Below are positions 8,314 to 16,888 of a DNA stretch of 63,718 bases, piece by piece. Where the stretch lies: assembly GCA_011390065.1 (NCBI GenBank), contig JAABTD010000007.1:1-63718 (forward strand), given 5' to 3'. The notes under the pieces were generated by a model. It made no database searches. It was not told the DNA's origin and saw only the letters and a list, made by a program, of their open reading frames with translations. Made by a program: the position numbers and the translations under genes. How positions within the stretch are numbered: position 1 is the first letter of the stretch; each line of letters starts with the position of its first letter. This DNA comes from Desulfobacteraceae bacterium (GTDB lineage Bacteria; Desulfobacterota; Desulfobacteria; Desulfobacterales; JAABSP01).

Positions 8314-9303
8314 ATGACAATGAAACCAATCCAAACCGATGAATCGGCGGCAAAGCTGATTCCCACAAAAGACGCCCCGGGTGTTCCCGCTGCCGAAGAC
8401 GACGAGATCAATCTTCTCGATCTGTTCCTGGTGCTGCTCCGGCATAAATTTCTGATCATTTTTCTGGTGATTGTCGCCGGTGTGGGCGCAGTTTTTTACA
8501 GCCTCAGCCTGGAAAACATCTACCGCTCCGAAGCGACCCTCACCCCCCGGGAGGAGGAAAAAAGCGGTCCTTCCATCCCCTCCCTCGGAGGTCTGGGCGG
8601 CATGATGGCCGGCCAGCTCGGCCTCGGCGGCGGCGGCAGCCTGGAGAAACTGCAAGTCGTACTCGGCAGCCGGGAACTGACGCTGAAAATCATCCGTAAA
8701 TATGAGTTGATGCCGATCATTTTCGAAGATATGTGGGATGCGGAAAAAGGCGATTGGAACGCCGAGGTCGAAGATCCGCCGACTATGCAGGACGGACTGA
8801 GAGCCGTTAAGGACGGGATGCTCAAGGTCGGTTCGGATATGGAAAAAGGGACGTTAACCATTGGATTCGAGCATAAAAACCCGGAAACGGCAAAAGAAGC
8901 CGTCAATTATTACATAAAGGAACTCAGTGAAACATTGCGGGCGGAGGTGCTCCACGACGCCAATGAAAACAAACGGTTTTTCAGGGAACAGCTGGATCGC
9001 ACCAGCGACGCGTTGCTGAAAGAAAAAATCTACAACATGCTGGCAAAGGAGATCGAAAAAGAAACCTTTGCAAGGGCTCAGAAATACTACAGCTTCCAGG
9101 TCGTCGATCCGCCCATCGTCCCGGATCTGGACAAGAAAGTCGCCCCGAAGCGGTCCATCATCTGCATTCTGTCCGTTTTCGTCGCTTTTTTCTTTGCGGT
9201 GTTCCTCTCATTTTTCCTGGAATTTACCCGACGGATCAAGACCGATGATCCTGAGCGGTATCGCCAGATCAAGGACGGCCTGAAGCCCTGGAAACGGATT
9301 TAG
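8314..9303 (+). CDS. wzz: Wzz-type polysaccharide co-polymerase / chain-length determinant
   Basis: EDDEINLLDLF N-terminus, two TM segments, C-terminal VVDPP...PKRSII motif; no tyrosine kinase domain. Confidence 0.85.
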   Translation: MTMKPIQTDESAAKLIPTKDAPGVPAAEDDEINLLDLFLVLLRHKFLIIFLVIVAGVGAVFYSLSLENIYRSEATLTPREEEKSGPSIPSLGGLGGMMAGQLGLGGGGSLEKLQVVLGSRELTLKIIRKYELMPIIFEDMWDAEKGDWNAEVEDPPTMQDGLRAVKDGMLKVGSDMEKGTLTIGFEHKNPETAKEAVNYYIKELSETLRAEVLHDANENKRFFREQLDRTSDALLKEKIYNMLAKEIEKETFARAQKYYSFQVVDPPIVPDLDKKVAPKRSIICILSVFVAFFFAVFLSFFLEFTRRIKTDDPERYRQIKDGLKPWKRI

Positions 9304-9306
9304 GCG

Positions 9307-10479
9307 GTGATCGTTCAGACAGGTCTGGCGCGATTTCTTCAGTCCCGGCCGGAAAACAGACCCTCCGGTCGGTGGGGACTGCTCTGCAACCCCGCATCGG
9401 TGGACCCCGCCCTGCGCCACTCGCGCCAGGCGATCAATGAACGGTTTCCAGGACGGCTGACCGCCCTTTTCTCTCCTCAACACGGTTTTTTCGCCGACAA
9501 GCAAGACAACATGATCGGCTCCGACCATCTGATGGACCCGATGCTGAAGATCCGCGTCTTCAGCCTCTACGGTGAAACCCGATGGCCGACGGAAGAGATG
9601 TTCGACGCTATCGACGCCCTTCTGGTGGACCTCCAGGACGTCGGGACCCGGGTCTATACGTTTATTTATACCCTGTCTTACTGTATGGAAGCCGCGAAAC
9701 GCTTCGGCAAACAGGTGGTGGTGCTCGACCGCCCCAATCCCATCGGCGGAGAAACGGTGGAAGGCAATTGTTTACGCCCTGAATACGCCTCCTTTGTCGG
9801 CCGGTACCCCATTCCCATGCGGCACGGAATGACCATCGGGGAACTGGCGCTTCTCTTCAATCATCATTTCGGCATCGGATGCAATCTCCAGGTGGTTCCC
9901 ATGCAGGGATGGCGTCGGTCTATGGATTTCGGGGATACCGGTCTTCCCTGGGTGGCGCCTTCGCCGAACCTGCCGACGCCTGCCTCGGCCCTGGTCTATC
10001 CCGGCCAGGTGATATGGGAGGGAACCAATGTCTCGGAAGGTCGGGGCGCCACCCAGCCCTTCGAGGTCTTCGGCGCGCCCTTTATCGAGACGCAACGAAT
10101 ACTGGAGGCATTAGGGAGCCGACGGCTTTGTGGGGCCATCCTGCGACCCGTCGCCTTCGAGCCCATGTTCAACAAATGGGCGGGGCGTCTGTGCCACGGA
10201 TTCCAGATCCATGTCCGGGACCGGCGCCGTTACCGGCCCTATGCCGCCAGCCTGGCGCTCCTCAAGGCGATCTTGGACCTGCATCCCGGGGATTTCCAAT
10301 GGAAAGCGCCGCCCTATGAATATGAAGTTGACAAGTTGCCCTTCGATCTCATTACAGGAGATCCGAAAATCCGTGAAGCCATCGAAACCGGTCAAGCCGT
10401 CAACGCATTGGCGTCAAGCTGGCAAACGGAACTCGATGGGTTTATCGAAATGAGCCGGAAACACCATCTGTACGAATGA
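9307..10479 (+). CDS. namZ: DUF1343 exo-beta-N-acetylmuramidase (NamZ family)
   Basis: LFSPQHG, DLQDVGTRVYTF, LDRPNPIGG, RHGMTIGELA, PSPNLP and EGTNVSEGRG motifs. Confidence 0.9.
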   Translation: MIVQTGLARFLQSRPENRPSGRWGLLCNPASVDPALRHSRQAINERFPGRLTALFSPQHGFFADKQDNMIGSDHLMDPMLKIRVFSLYGETRWPTEEMFDAIDALLVDLQDVGTRVYTFIYTLSYCMEAAKRFGKQVVVLDRPNPIGGETVEGNCLRPEYASFVGRYPIPMRHGMTIGELALLFNHHFGIGCNLQVVPMQGWRRSMDFGDTGLPWVAPSPNLPTPASALVYPGQVIWEGTNVSEGRGATQPFEVFGAPFIETQRILEALGSRRLCGAILRPVAFEPMFNKWAGRLCHGFQIHVRDRRRYRPYAASLALLKAILDLHPGDFQWKAPPYEYEVDKLPFDLITGDPKIREAIETGQAVNALASSWQTELDGFIEMSRKHHLYE

Positions 10480-10488
10480 GGCCATCGC

Positions 10489-12213
10489 TCAATCGACGAA
10501 CAATGGCACGATGCTGAACCGGTCCACATCCACCAGCCCTTTGTCCGTAATCTTCAGCGACGGAATCACCGGCAACGCCAGAAAAGAAAGGGACATAAAA
10601 GGATCGGCCAGCCGGCACCCCATGCCGCGGGCGGCGCCGATGACCCGGTCCATCCCCTCGCGCACCCGGTCCATGGGTGCGTCGGAAATCAACCCCGCAA
10701 TGGGAAGGGGCAAAGTTTCCAGAATCGCCGGATGGTCTGCTTCCCCGCCCACCGCCGCCAGGCCGCCCCCCATGTCCGCCACGGCTTTCAAGGCGGCCTT
10801 CATCTCCGCATCCGAAGCCCCGACCACGATGATGTTATGGGCATCATGGGCCACGCTGGATGCAATGGCGCCCCGCTTCAGATTAAACCCCCGGACGAAT
10901 CCGACGCCAAGGCCGCCCCGTCCGGTATAGCGCTCCACGACGGCGATTTTGAGCAGATCACGGGAAACATCGGCCATCGCCGATCCCCCTGAAACCGCCG
11001 CATCGGCCACTGCATGGCGGGTGATAATCTGATCCGGCGTCAATTCGATCACCCGCATCCGGTCGCCTTCGGCCGGGACTGTCAGATCAATGCGTTCCAG
11101 AGGAATGGCCATGGGCGACGGCGGCGGATCGATTTTCGGCCTTGCCGGTTCTCGCTTTATCTTGCCGTTTAAACACCTTTGGACGCCCCGAGTGAACACC
11201 ATTTCGGCCCGCGGCGCCGCCAAGTCTGAAAACACCACCATATCCGCCTGCCGGCCGGGTGAAACGGCGCCAAGGTGATCCAGACCGAAATATCGCGCCG
11301 GGTTCAAGGTGGCCATCCGGATAGCAATGAGGGGATCGAGACCCGCGGCAATGGCCCTGCGGATCATGACATCAATGCTGCCTTCATCCATCAAATCATG
11401 GGGATGACGATCATCGGTGCACCACATGATGCGATGATGGTTCTGCTCCGTCACAATGGGCAACAGGTCATCCAGGTTCCGGGCGGCGGCGCCTTCACGG
11501 ATCATGATGTGCATGCCTGCCGCCAGTTTTTCAGCCGCTTCCCGGGCCGTGGTGCATTCATGATCGCTTGCTATCCCCGCCGACAGGTAGGCGTTCAGAT
11601 CCCGCCCGCTCAGCCCGGGACAATGTCCATCCACCGGTTTGCGGTGATTCCTCGCCGCCTGGATCTTCCGGAGAACATCCGGCGTTCCGGCGAGCACGCC
11701 TGGATAATTCATCATCTCGCCCAGCCCCAACACCCTTTTTTCTTTGAAAAACGGCATCAGCGCGTCAGCCGACAAAACAGCCCCGGAAGTCTCCATATCC
11801 GTGGCCGGTACGCAAGAGGGGAGCGTAAAACAGATATTCATGGGCTGATCTTCGCTCGCGGCGAGCATGTACCGGATGCCGTCCGCCCCCAGCACATTGG
11901 CGATTTCATGGGGATCGGCCACGACGGTGGTCACGCCTCGGGGCAAAACGGCCCGGACAAACTCCGGGATGGCGGTCATGGCGCTTTCGATATGAACATG
12001 GGCGTCGATAAATCCCGGGCACAGGTATCTGCCGCCGAGATCCATCGTTTCATGGGCCCGGTAGTCGCCCGATCCGAGGATGCATCCCTCGGCAACGGCG
12101 AGGTTTCCGGCCACAATTTGTCCGTTGAAGACGTTGACGATGCGGCCGTTTGTCAGCACCAGATCAGCGGGTGTTTCCCCCCGAGCGCACCGGATGATTC
12201 GGACCCTGTCCAT
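10489..12213 (-). CDS. ade: Adenine deaminase
   Basis: PGFIDAHVHIESAM, DPHEIANVLG, EMMNYPGV, DGHCP, SDHEC, CTDDRH and SSVAHDAHN motifs. Confidence 0.95.
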   Translation of the reverse strand: MDRVRIIRCARGETPADLVLTNGRIVNVFNGQIVAGNLAVAEGCILGSGDYRAHETMDLGGRYLCPGFIDAHVHIESAMTAIPEFVRAVLPRGVTTVVADPHEIANVLGADGIRYMLAASEDQPMNICFTLPSCVPATDMETSGAVLSADALMPFFKEKRVLGLGEMMNYPGVLAGTPDVLRKIQAARNHRKPVDGHCPGLSGRDLNAYLSAGIASDHECTTAREAAEKLAAGMHIMIREGAAARNLDDLLPIVTEQNHHRIMWCTDDRHPHDLMDEGSIDVMIRRAIAAGLDPLIAIRMATLNPARYFGLDHLGAVSPGRQADMVVFSDLAAPRAEMVFTRGVQRCLNGKIKREPARPKIDPPPSPMAIPLERIDLTVPAEGDRMRVIELTPDQIITRHAVADAAVSGGSAMADVSRDLLKIAVVERYTGRGGLGVGFVRGFNLKRGAIASSVAHDAHNIIVVGASDAEMKAALKAVADMGGGLAAVGGEADHPAILETLPLPIAGLISDAPMDRVREGMDRVIGAARGMGCRLADPFMSLSFLALPVIPSLKITDKGLVDVDRFSIVPLFVD

Positions 12214-12231
12214 GGCGTATTTCCCTGGCGG

Positions 12232-13545
12232 TTAATCATTTTCGAATATGGCGGCGGCGATTTGGAGGACGGGGTCTCGAATGGCGGGCCAGTCGAGGGT
12301 CTGAAGGCGGCGACGCCGCAGCAACCATCGGCCTGCCACCATAACATCCCGCACATCGGCGCCGTCAGCCGCATAGACCAGATGGGAGACGGCGTGGTGC
12401 ATCGGTTCGAAATGGGGACTGCCGGCATCGAGAATGACAAGGTCCGCCGACTTGCCCTTTTCCAGAGACCCGATGCAGTGGGCCAATCCGAGGACCTCCG
12501 CGCCGCCGATGGTCGCCATCTGCAAAACCGTTCGGGCATCCATGCTCGTTGGATCGCACGCTGCGACTTTATGAAGCTTTGCCGCCATGTCCATGGTCCT
12601 GAACATGTCAAGGGTATTGCTGCTGGCGCACCCGTCGGTTCCCAGGCTCACGGGAATTCCGGCGCCCCGCAGTTGAGGCGCCGGCGCAACGCCGCTGGCC
12701 AGCTTCATGTTGCTCTGGGGGCAGTGGGAGACCGCTGCCCCGCTGCGGCGCAGGATGGCCCTGTCTTCCGGATGCAGCCATACCCCATGCACAACCAGCG
12801 TGCGTGCATCGAGGATCCCCAGGCGGTCGAGGTAAGCGACGGGGGATTGGCCCTGCTCGGCCCATAGCCGGCGATACTCTGATTCGGTCTCGGCGGCGTG
12901 GATTTGAAACAGCAGATCGCCGGCAGCCGATTTGGCCCGTTTCAGCGTTTTGGCGGAACACGTGTAAGGCGAATGGCAGAAGATGGAAGGGGCAATCAGA
13001 GGGGAGCGGCCGCGCCATTTCTCCGTAAAGGCGCGGGCATGGGAGACGTTTGACGATGGATTGTCCACGCCTGGGGCGGGAAAATCGATCACCCCCTGCG
13101 CCAGCACCGCCCGGATGCCCGCCGTATGAACCGCTTCCGCCACGCTGTTTTCATGGAAATAGCCGTCGCAACAGGTGGTGGTTCCCGACAGAATCATCTC
13201 CGCGCAGGCCAGCAGCGTTCCTTGCACGACCGTTTCAGGGGTGATATGCCGCGCTTCGGCCGGGAAAATATGGTCCTGGAGCCAGGTCATCAGCGGCAGA
13301 TCATCGGCCAGACCTCTAAATACGGTCATGGGAAGGTGGGTATGGGTGTTGACCAGGCCCGGGAAAACGATGCCGCCGTCTGCATCCACCCCGTCAAACG
13401 CGCCTGTCCGGGGCGCATCGGGGGTCGATGCTCCAATATCGACAATGCTGCCGTTGCGGATGGCGATGAATCCATTGTCGATAATATCGAACCCCTGGTT
13501 GACGGTAACAATTGTCGCATTGTGTATGAGTGTATCCCGGTTCAT
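12232..13545 (-). CDS. mtaD: 5-methylthioadenosine/S-adenosylhomocysteine deaminase-like amidohydrolase
   Basis: PGLVNTHTH, FRGLADD, HAAET, HCPQSNMKLASG and LGTDG motifs; start moved to ATG 13545. Substrate is inferred. Confidence 0.75.
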   Translation of the reverse strand: MNRDTLIHNATIVTVNQGFDIIDNGFIAIRNGSIVDIGASTPDAPRTGAFDGVDADGGIVFPGLVNTHTHLPMTVFRGLADDLPLMTWLQDHIFPAEARHITPETVVQGTLLACAEMILSGTTTCCDGYFHENSVAEAVHTAGIRAVLAQGVIDFPAPGVDNPSSNVSHARAFTEKWRGRSPLIAPSIFCHSPYTCSAKTLKRAKSAAGDLLFQIHAAETESEYRRLWAEQGQSPVAYLDRLGILDARTLVVHGVWLHPEDRAILRRSGAAVSHCPQSNMKLASGVAPAPQLRGAGIPVSLGTDGCASSNTLDMFRTMDMAAKLHKVAACDPTSMDARTVLQMATIGGAEVLGLAHCIGSLEKGKSADLVILDAGSPHFEPMHHAVSHLVYAADGADVRDVMVAGRWLLRRRRLQTLDWPAIRDPVLQIAAAIFEND

Positions 13546-13585
13546 ATCAGCGTCAAACCATACCCCTTTTCCGCTGTCAAGGCAC

Positions 13586-13623
13586 AAAAAATCCCGCGGC
13601 GATGGCTCGCACACGGGATTTTT
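13586..13623 (-). terminator. Intrinsic terminator after dnaK
   Basis: AAAAATCCCG...CGGGATTTTT stem about 20 nt past the dnaK stop. Confidence 0.7.
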
Positions 13624-13644
13624 CTGCGACAATGGTTTTTGTCG

Positions 13645-15567
13645 TTACTTTTTGTCTTCCTTGACCTCTTCAAAATCGGCATCCACCACATCTTCGTCGC
13701 TGCCGGATGCGGCGCCGCCCGAGGTTTGGCCGGCTTCCCCTTCAGCCCCCGGCTGTTGGCTTGATGCTTGCTGGTACATGGCTTCGGCCAGTTTGTGGGA
13801 GGACTGCGTCAACTCGTCGCTCAGTCGCTTGATTTCCTCGGCGTCATCGCCTTCCATGGCCTTTTTCAACTTACCCATGGCTTCTTCGACAGTGGACTTG
13901 GTGGCGCTGTCCACCTTATCGCCAAGATCCTTGAGCGACTTTTCGGTCTGGTAGATGAGGGAATCCGCCGTATTTCTGGCCTCCACCAGTTCCCGCTTTT
14001 TCTTGTCTTCTTCGGCGTGGGCTTCGGCGTCCTTTTCGAGTTGCTCGATCTCCTCTTTGGAGAGTCCGCTGGAGGCCGTGATCCGGATAGATTGCTCCTT
14101 GCCCGTGGCCAGGTCCTTGGCCGACACGTTGACGATGCCGTTGGCGTCAATGTCGAAGGTGACCTCGATCTGAGGCACGCCGCGCGGCGCCGCGGGGATG
14201 CCCACCAGCTCGAACCGGCCCAGGGTTTTATTCCCCGCCGCCATTTCCCGTTCGCCCTGGAGCACATGGATCGACACCGCCGGCTGATTGTCCGCCGCCG
14301 TGGAAAAAACCTGGCTCTTCTTGGTCGGAATGGTGGTGTTTTTTTCGATGAGCTTGGTCATCACGCCGCCCAGGGTTTCGATGCCCAGGGAAAGGGGGGT
14401 CACGTCCAGGAGCAGAACATCTTTTACGTCGCCTTTCAGCACGCCCCCCTGGATGGCCGCCCCGATGGCCACGACTTCGTCCGGATTCACGCCCTTGTGC
14501 GGATCCTTTTCAAAAATCTTCTTGACCCGATCCTGTACCGCGGGCATCCGGGTCATACCGCCCACCAGAATGACCTCATCGATATCTCCGGCGCTCATCC
14601 CGGCATCCTTCATGGCCGTTCTGCAGGGACCTTCCAGATTGTCCAGCAGATCGCTGACCAGAGATTCGAGTTTAGACCGGCTGAGCTTAATGTTCATGTG
14701 TTTGGGGCCGCTGGCGTCCGCCGTGATAAAAGGCAGGTTGACATCGGTTTCAACAGAGGAGGAGAGTTCCATTTTGGCTTTCTCCGCCGCCTCTTTCAAC
14801 CGCTGAAGCGCCATTTTGTCATTTCTGAGATCGATCCCCTGGTCCTTCTTGAACTCGTCCGCCAGGTAATCGATGATGCGCAGGTCGAAGTCTTCGCCGC
14901 CCAAATGCGTATCACCGTTGGTGGACTTCACTTCGAACACCCCGTCGCCGATCTCGAGGATGGAAACATCGAAGGTGCCGCCGCCCAAATCAAACACCGC
15001 AATCTTCTCTTCGGTCTTTTTATCGAGCCCATAGGCCAGGGAAGCGGCCGTAGGCTCATTGATGATCCGAAGCACATTAAGTCCGGCGATTTTTCCCGCG
15101 TCTTTGGTCGCCTGGCGCTGGTTGTCGTCGAAATAGGCCGGAACGGTGATCACCGCGTCCGTCACCGGCTCCCCCAGGTATTCTTCCGCGGAGTGCTTGA
15201 TGTCGGCCAAGATAAAAGAAGAGATTTCCGCGGGGCTGTGCTGTTTTCCGCGAATGTTGATCCGGATGTCGCCGTTGCTCGCCTCTTCGATCTTAAAGGG
15301 GAGGATCTTCACATCCCGCTGCACTTCTTTTGATGAGAATTTCCGTCCAATCAGCCGCTTCACGCCGAAAACCGTGTTTTCGGGATTGGTGATGGACTGA
15401 CGTTTTGCAATCTGACCCACCAGCCGTTCCCCACTTTCGGATACCGCCACCACAGAGGGGGTGGTCCGTCCGCCTTCGGGATTTGTGATGACCTTCGCCT
15501 CGCTGCCCTCCATGACTGCAACGCAGGAGTTGGTCGTTCCCAAGTCTATACCGACTACTTTGCCCAT
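13645..15567 (-). CDS. dnaK: Chaperone DnaK
   Basis: [26 protein letters not shown] and VDADFEEV signatures. Confidence 0.99.
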   Translation of the reverse strand: MGKVVGIDLGTTNSCVAVMEGSEAKVITNPEGGRTTPSVVAVSESGERLVGQIAKRQSITNPENTVFGVKRLIGRKFSSKEVQRDVKILPFKIEEASNGDIRINIRGKQHSPAEISSFILADIKHSAEEYLGEPVTDAVITVPAYFDDNQRQATKDAGKIAGLNVLRIINEPTAASLAYGLDKKTEEKIAVFDLGGGTFDVSILEIGDGVFEVKSTNGDTHLGGEDFDLRIIDYLADEFKKDQGIDLRNDKMALQRLKEAAEKAKMELSSSVETDVNLPFITADASGPKHMNIKLSRSKLESLVSDLLDNLEGPCRTAMKDAGMSAGDIDEVILVGGMTRMPAVQDRVKKIFEKDPHKGVNPDEVVAIGAAIQGGVLKGDVKDVLLLDVTPLSLGIETLGGVMTKLIEKNTTIPTKKSQVFSTAADNQPAVSIHVLQGEREMAAGNKTLGRFELVGIPAAPRGVPQIEVTFDIDANGIVNVSAKDLATGKEQSIRITASSGLSKEEIEQLEKDAEAHAEEDKKKRELVEARNTADSLIYQTEKSLKDLGDKVDSATKSTVEEAMGKLKKAMEGDDAEEIKRLSDELTQSSHKLAEAMYQQASSQQPGAEGEAGQTSGGAASGSDEDVVDADFEEVKEDKK

Positions 15568-15670
15568 ATCTTCTCCTCCTTAAACCATTCATCTTTTTCG
15601 GTGTTGGGCGCCGCGCCCTCTCGACCATCATCGGAGAAAACCACCCAACATTATTTGTTTTTATTTATCA

Positions 15671-16330
15671 TCATTCGGCGTCGACGTTTCCGGATCCGTC
15701 TTCGCCCCTGGAAACCACCACCATTGCCGGCCTCAAAAGCCGTTCCTGAATCATGTATCCCTTCTGAAACTCTCTGATGACGGTATTGTCCGGAAACGTT
15801 TCGGATGCTTCCTGCATGGCGGCTTCATGGACCGATGGATCAAAGGGTTTTCCTTCTGCTTCGATGGGCGTGACCCCAAACTTTTCAAAGACCTTGAGGA
15901 TTTCCTTCCGGGTCATCTCAATGCCTTCCAGCAACCCATCGTCCGCCTTTCCATTTTCTTTTGCGGAACGAATCGCCAGTTCAAGATTGTCCACCACCGG
16001 GAGCAGGGCTTTCACCAGGGTTTCGTTCGCATACTTCCGGTGAGACGCCATTTCACGCGCAGATCGCTTTTTATAGTTTTCGAATTCTGCAGAGACCCGA
16101 AGAACCCGATCCCGAGCTTCTCTAAGCTCCTCCTGGGCCGAAGCGAGCTTCTCCTGAATATCATTATCCAGCGCTGAATCGTCGCCGGGCGCATCCGTTT
16201 TGGGATCGTCTCCTTCCAGATGGGGCGTCTCATCGCCGTTTTCAACCGGCGCCGGACCGGGCTGCTTTCCCTCAACGTCTGTTCGTTCTTCCTCCTTCGG
16301 AGGCGTCTTCTTGCCTTTATCCGTCGTCAT
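15671..16330 (-). CDS. grpE: Nucleotide exchange factor GrpE
   Basis: AEFENYKKR, LLPVVDNLELA, FDPSVHEA and KGY...RLLRPAMVVV motifs; directly upstream of dnaK. Confidence 0.97.
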   Translation of the reverse strand: MTTDKGKKTPPKEEERTDVEGKQPGPAPVENGDETPHLEGDDPKTDAPGDDSALDNDIQEKLASAQEELREARDRVLRVSAEFENYKKRSAREMASHRKYANETLVKALLPVVDNLELAIRSAKENGKADDGLLEGIEMTRKEILKVFEKFGVTPIEAEGKPFDPSVHEAAMQEASETFPDNTVIREFQKGYMIQERLLRPAMVVVSRGEDGSGNVDAE

Positions 16331-16502
16331 GGGTTGCTGTCACCTCTCAATTTTCCTCATTTTTTCGGATAGCTCAGTTCCAACATTGTCAACAAAATAA
16401 TACGGCGCGGGGTAATGTCAAGGTAAAGAGCAGGATAGAAAGGGGCCGGCATCTCTGGCTTTGCGATAAATCATCAGGGGAGATAAAAGGCATGAAAAGG
16501 GA

Positions 16503-16755
16503 GGTTGTGCACCCCCTATCGAATGCTTTACCCAATCATCCGGAACCAGGAAATGGCCGGGATCGATCCGTGACACAAACGCTATCGCTTATCGCTGCTT
16601 CCTTCCGGACCTGACGAGGTTCGCGACTGTCTGTTGCACGGCGGCCGACCAAAACGGCAACCGGTGATCGGGTTGTGATCCTCCAGGGGGGATTCAGCCC
16701 CGCATAAAGCGGATTTCGGGTCGAGGGCACCGCTAACTCCCCGCCTAGCACAACC
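16503..16755 (-). ncRNA. ffs: Signal recognition particle RNA, long form with Alu domain (~253 nt)
   Basis: S-domain core TCAGGTCCGGAAGGAAGCAGC on the minus strand; 5' Alu-like GGCGGGGAGTTAGCGGTGCCCTCGACCCGAAATCCGC closely resembles Bacillus scRNA as recalled; 5' GGTTGTGC pairs with 3' GCACAACC. Confidence 0.93.
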
Positions 16756-16762
16756 AAATTCA

Positions 16763-16790
16763 ATAATACATCACCACGCTGAATTTTCAA
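16763..16790 (-). promoter_or_regulatory. Sigma70-like promoter of the SRP RNA
   Basis: TTGAAA, 16 nt, TATTAT, ending 7 nt before the predicted RNA 5' end. Confidence 0.6.
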
Positions 16791-16852
16791 GGATCAATCC
16801 AAAAAAATTTCCCAAAAAAATTTCGATTTCACCGCTTTAAGCCGACCAAATA

Positions 16853-16880
16853 TTGACATTCCCCTCTCTTCGCGGATACT
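16853..16880 (+). promoter_or_regulatory. Sigma70-like promoter of tilS
   Basis: TTGACA, 16 nt, GATACT; ATG follows 8 nt later. Confidence 0.5.
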
Positions 16881-16888
16881 CTGTCTCC

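Noticed and set aside
10504-10518. TGGCACGATGCTGAA, sigma54 -24-like box
   Set aside because: The -12 TTGC is missing and no plus-strand gene follows; it lies within the ade coding sequence.
13768-15333. 521-aa ORF antisense to dnaK
   Set aside because: Long antisense frames to dnaK/hsp70 are a known annotation artefact; there are no independent expression signals.
16536-16790. 84-aa minus-strand ORF
   Set aside because: It coincides with the SRP RNA and its promoter; the TTG start is the -35 box.
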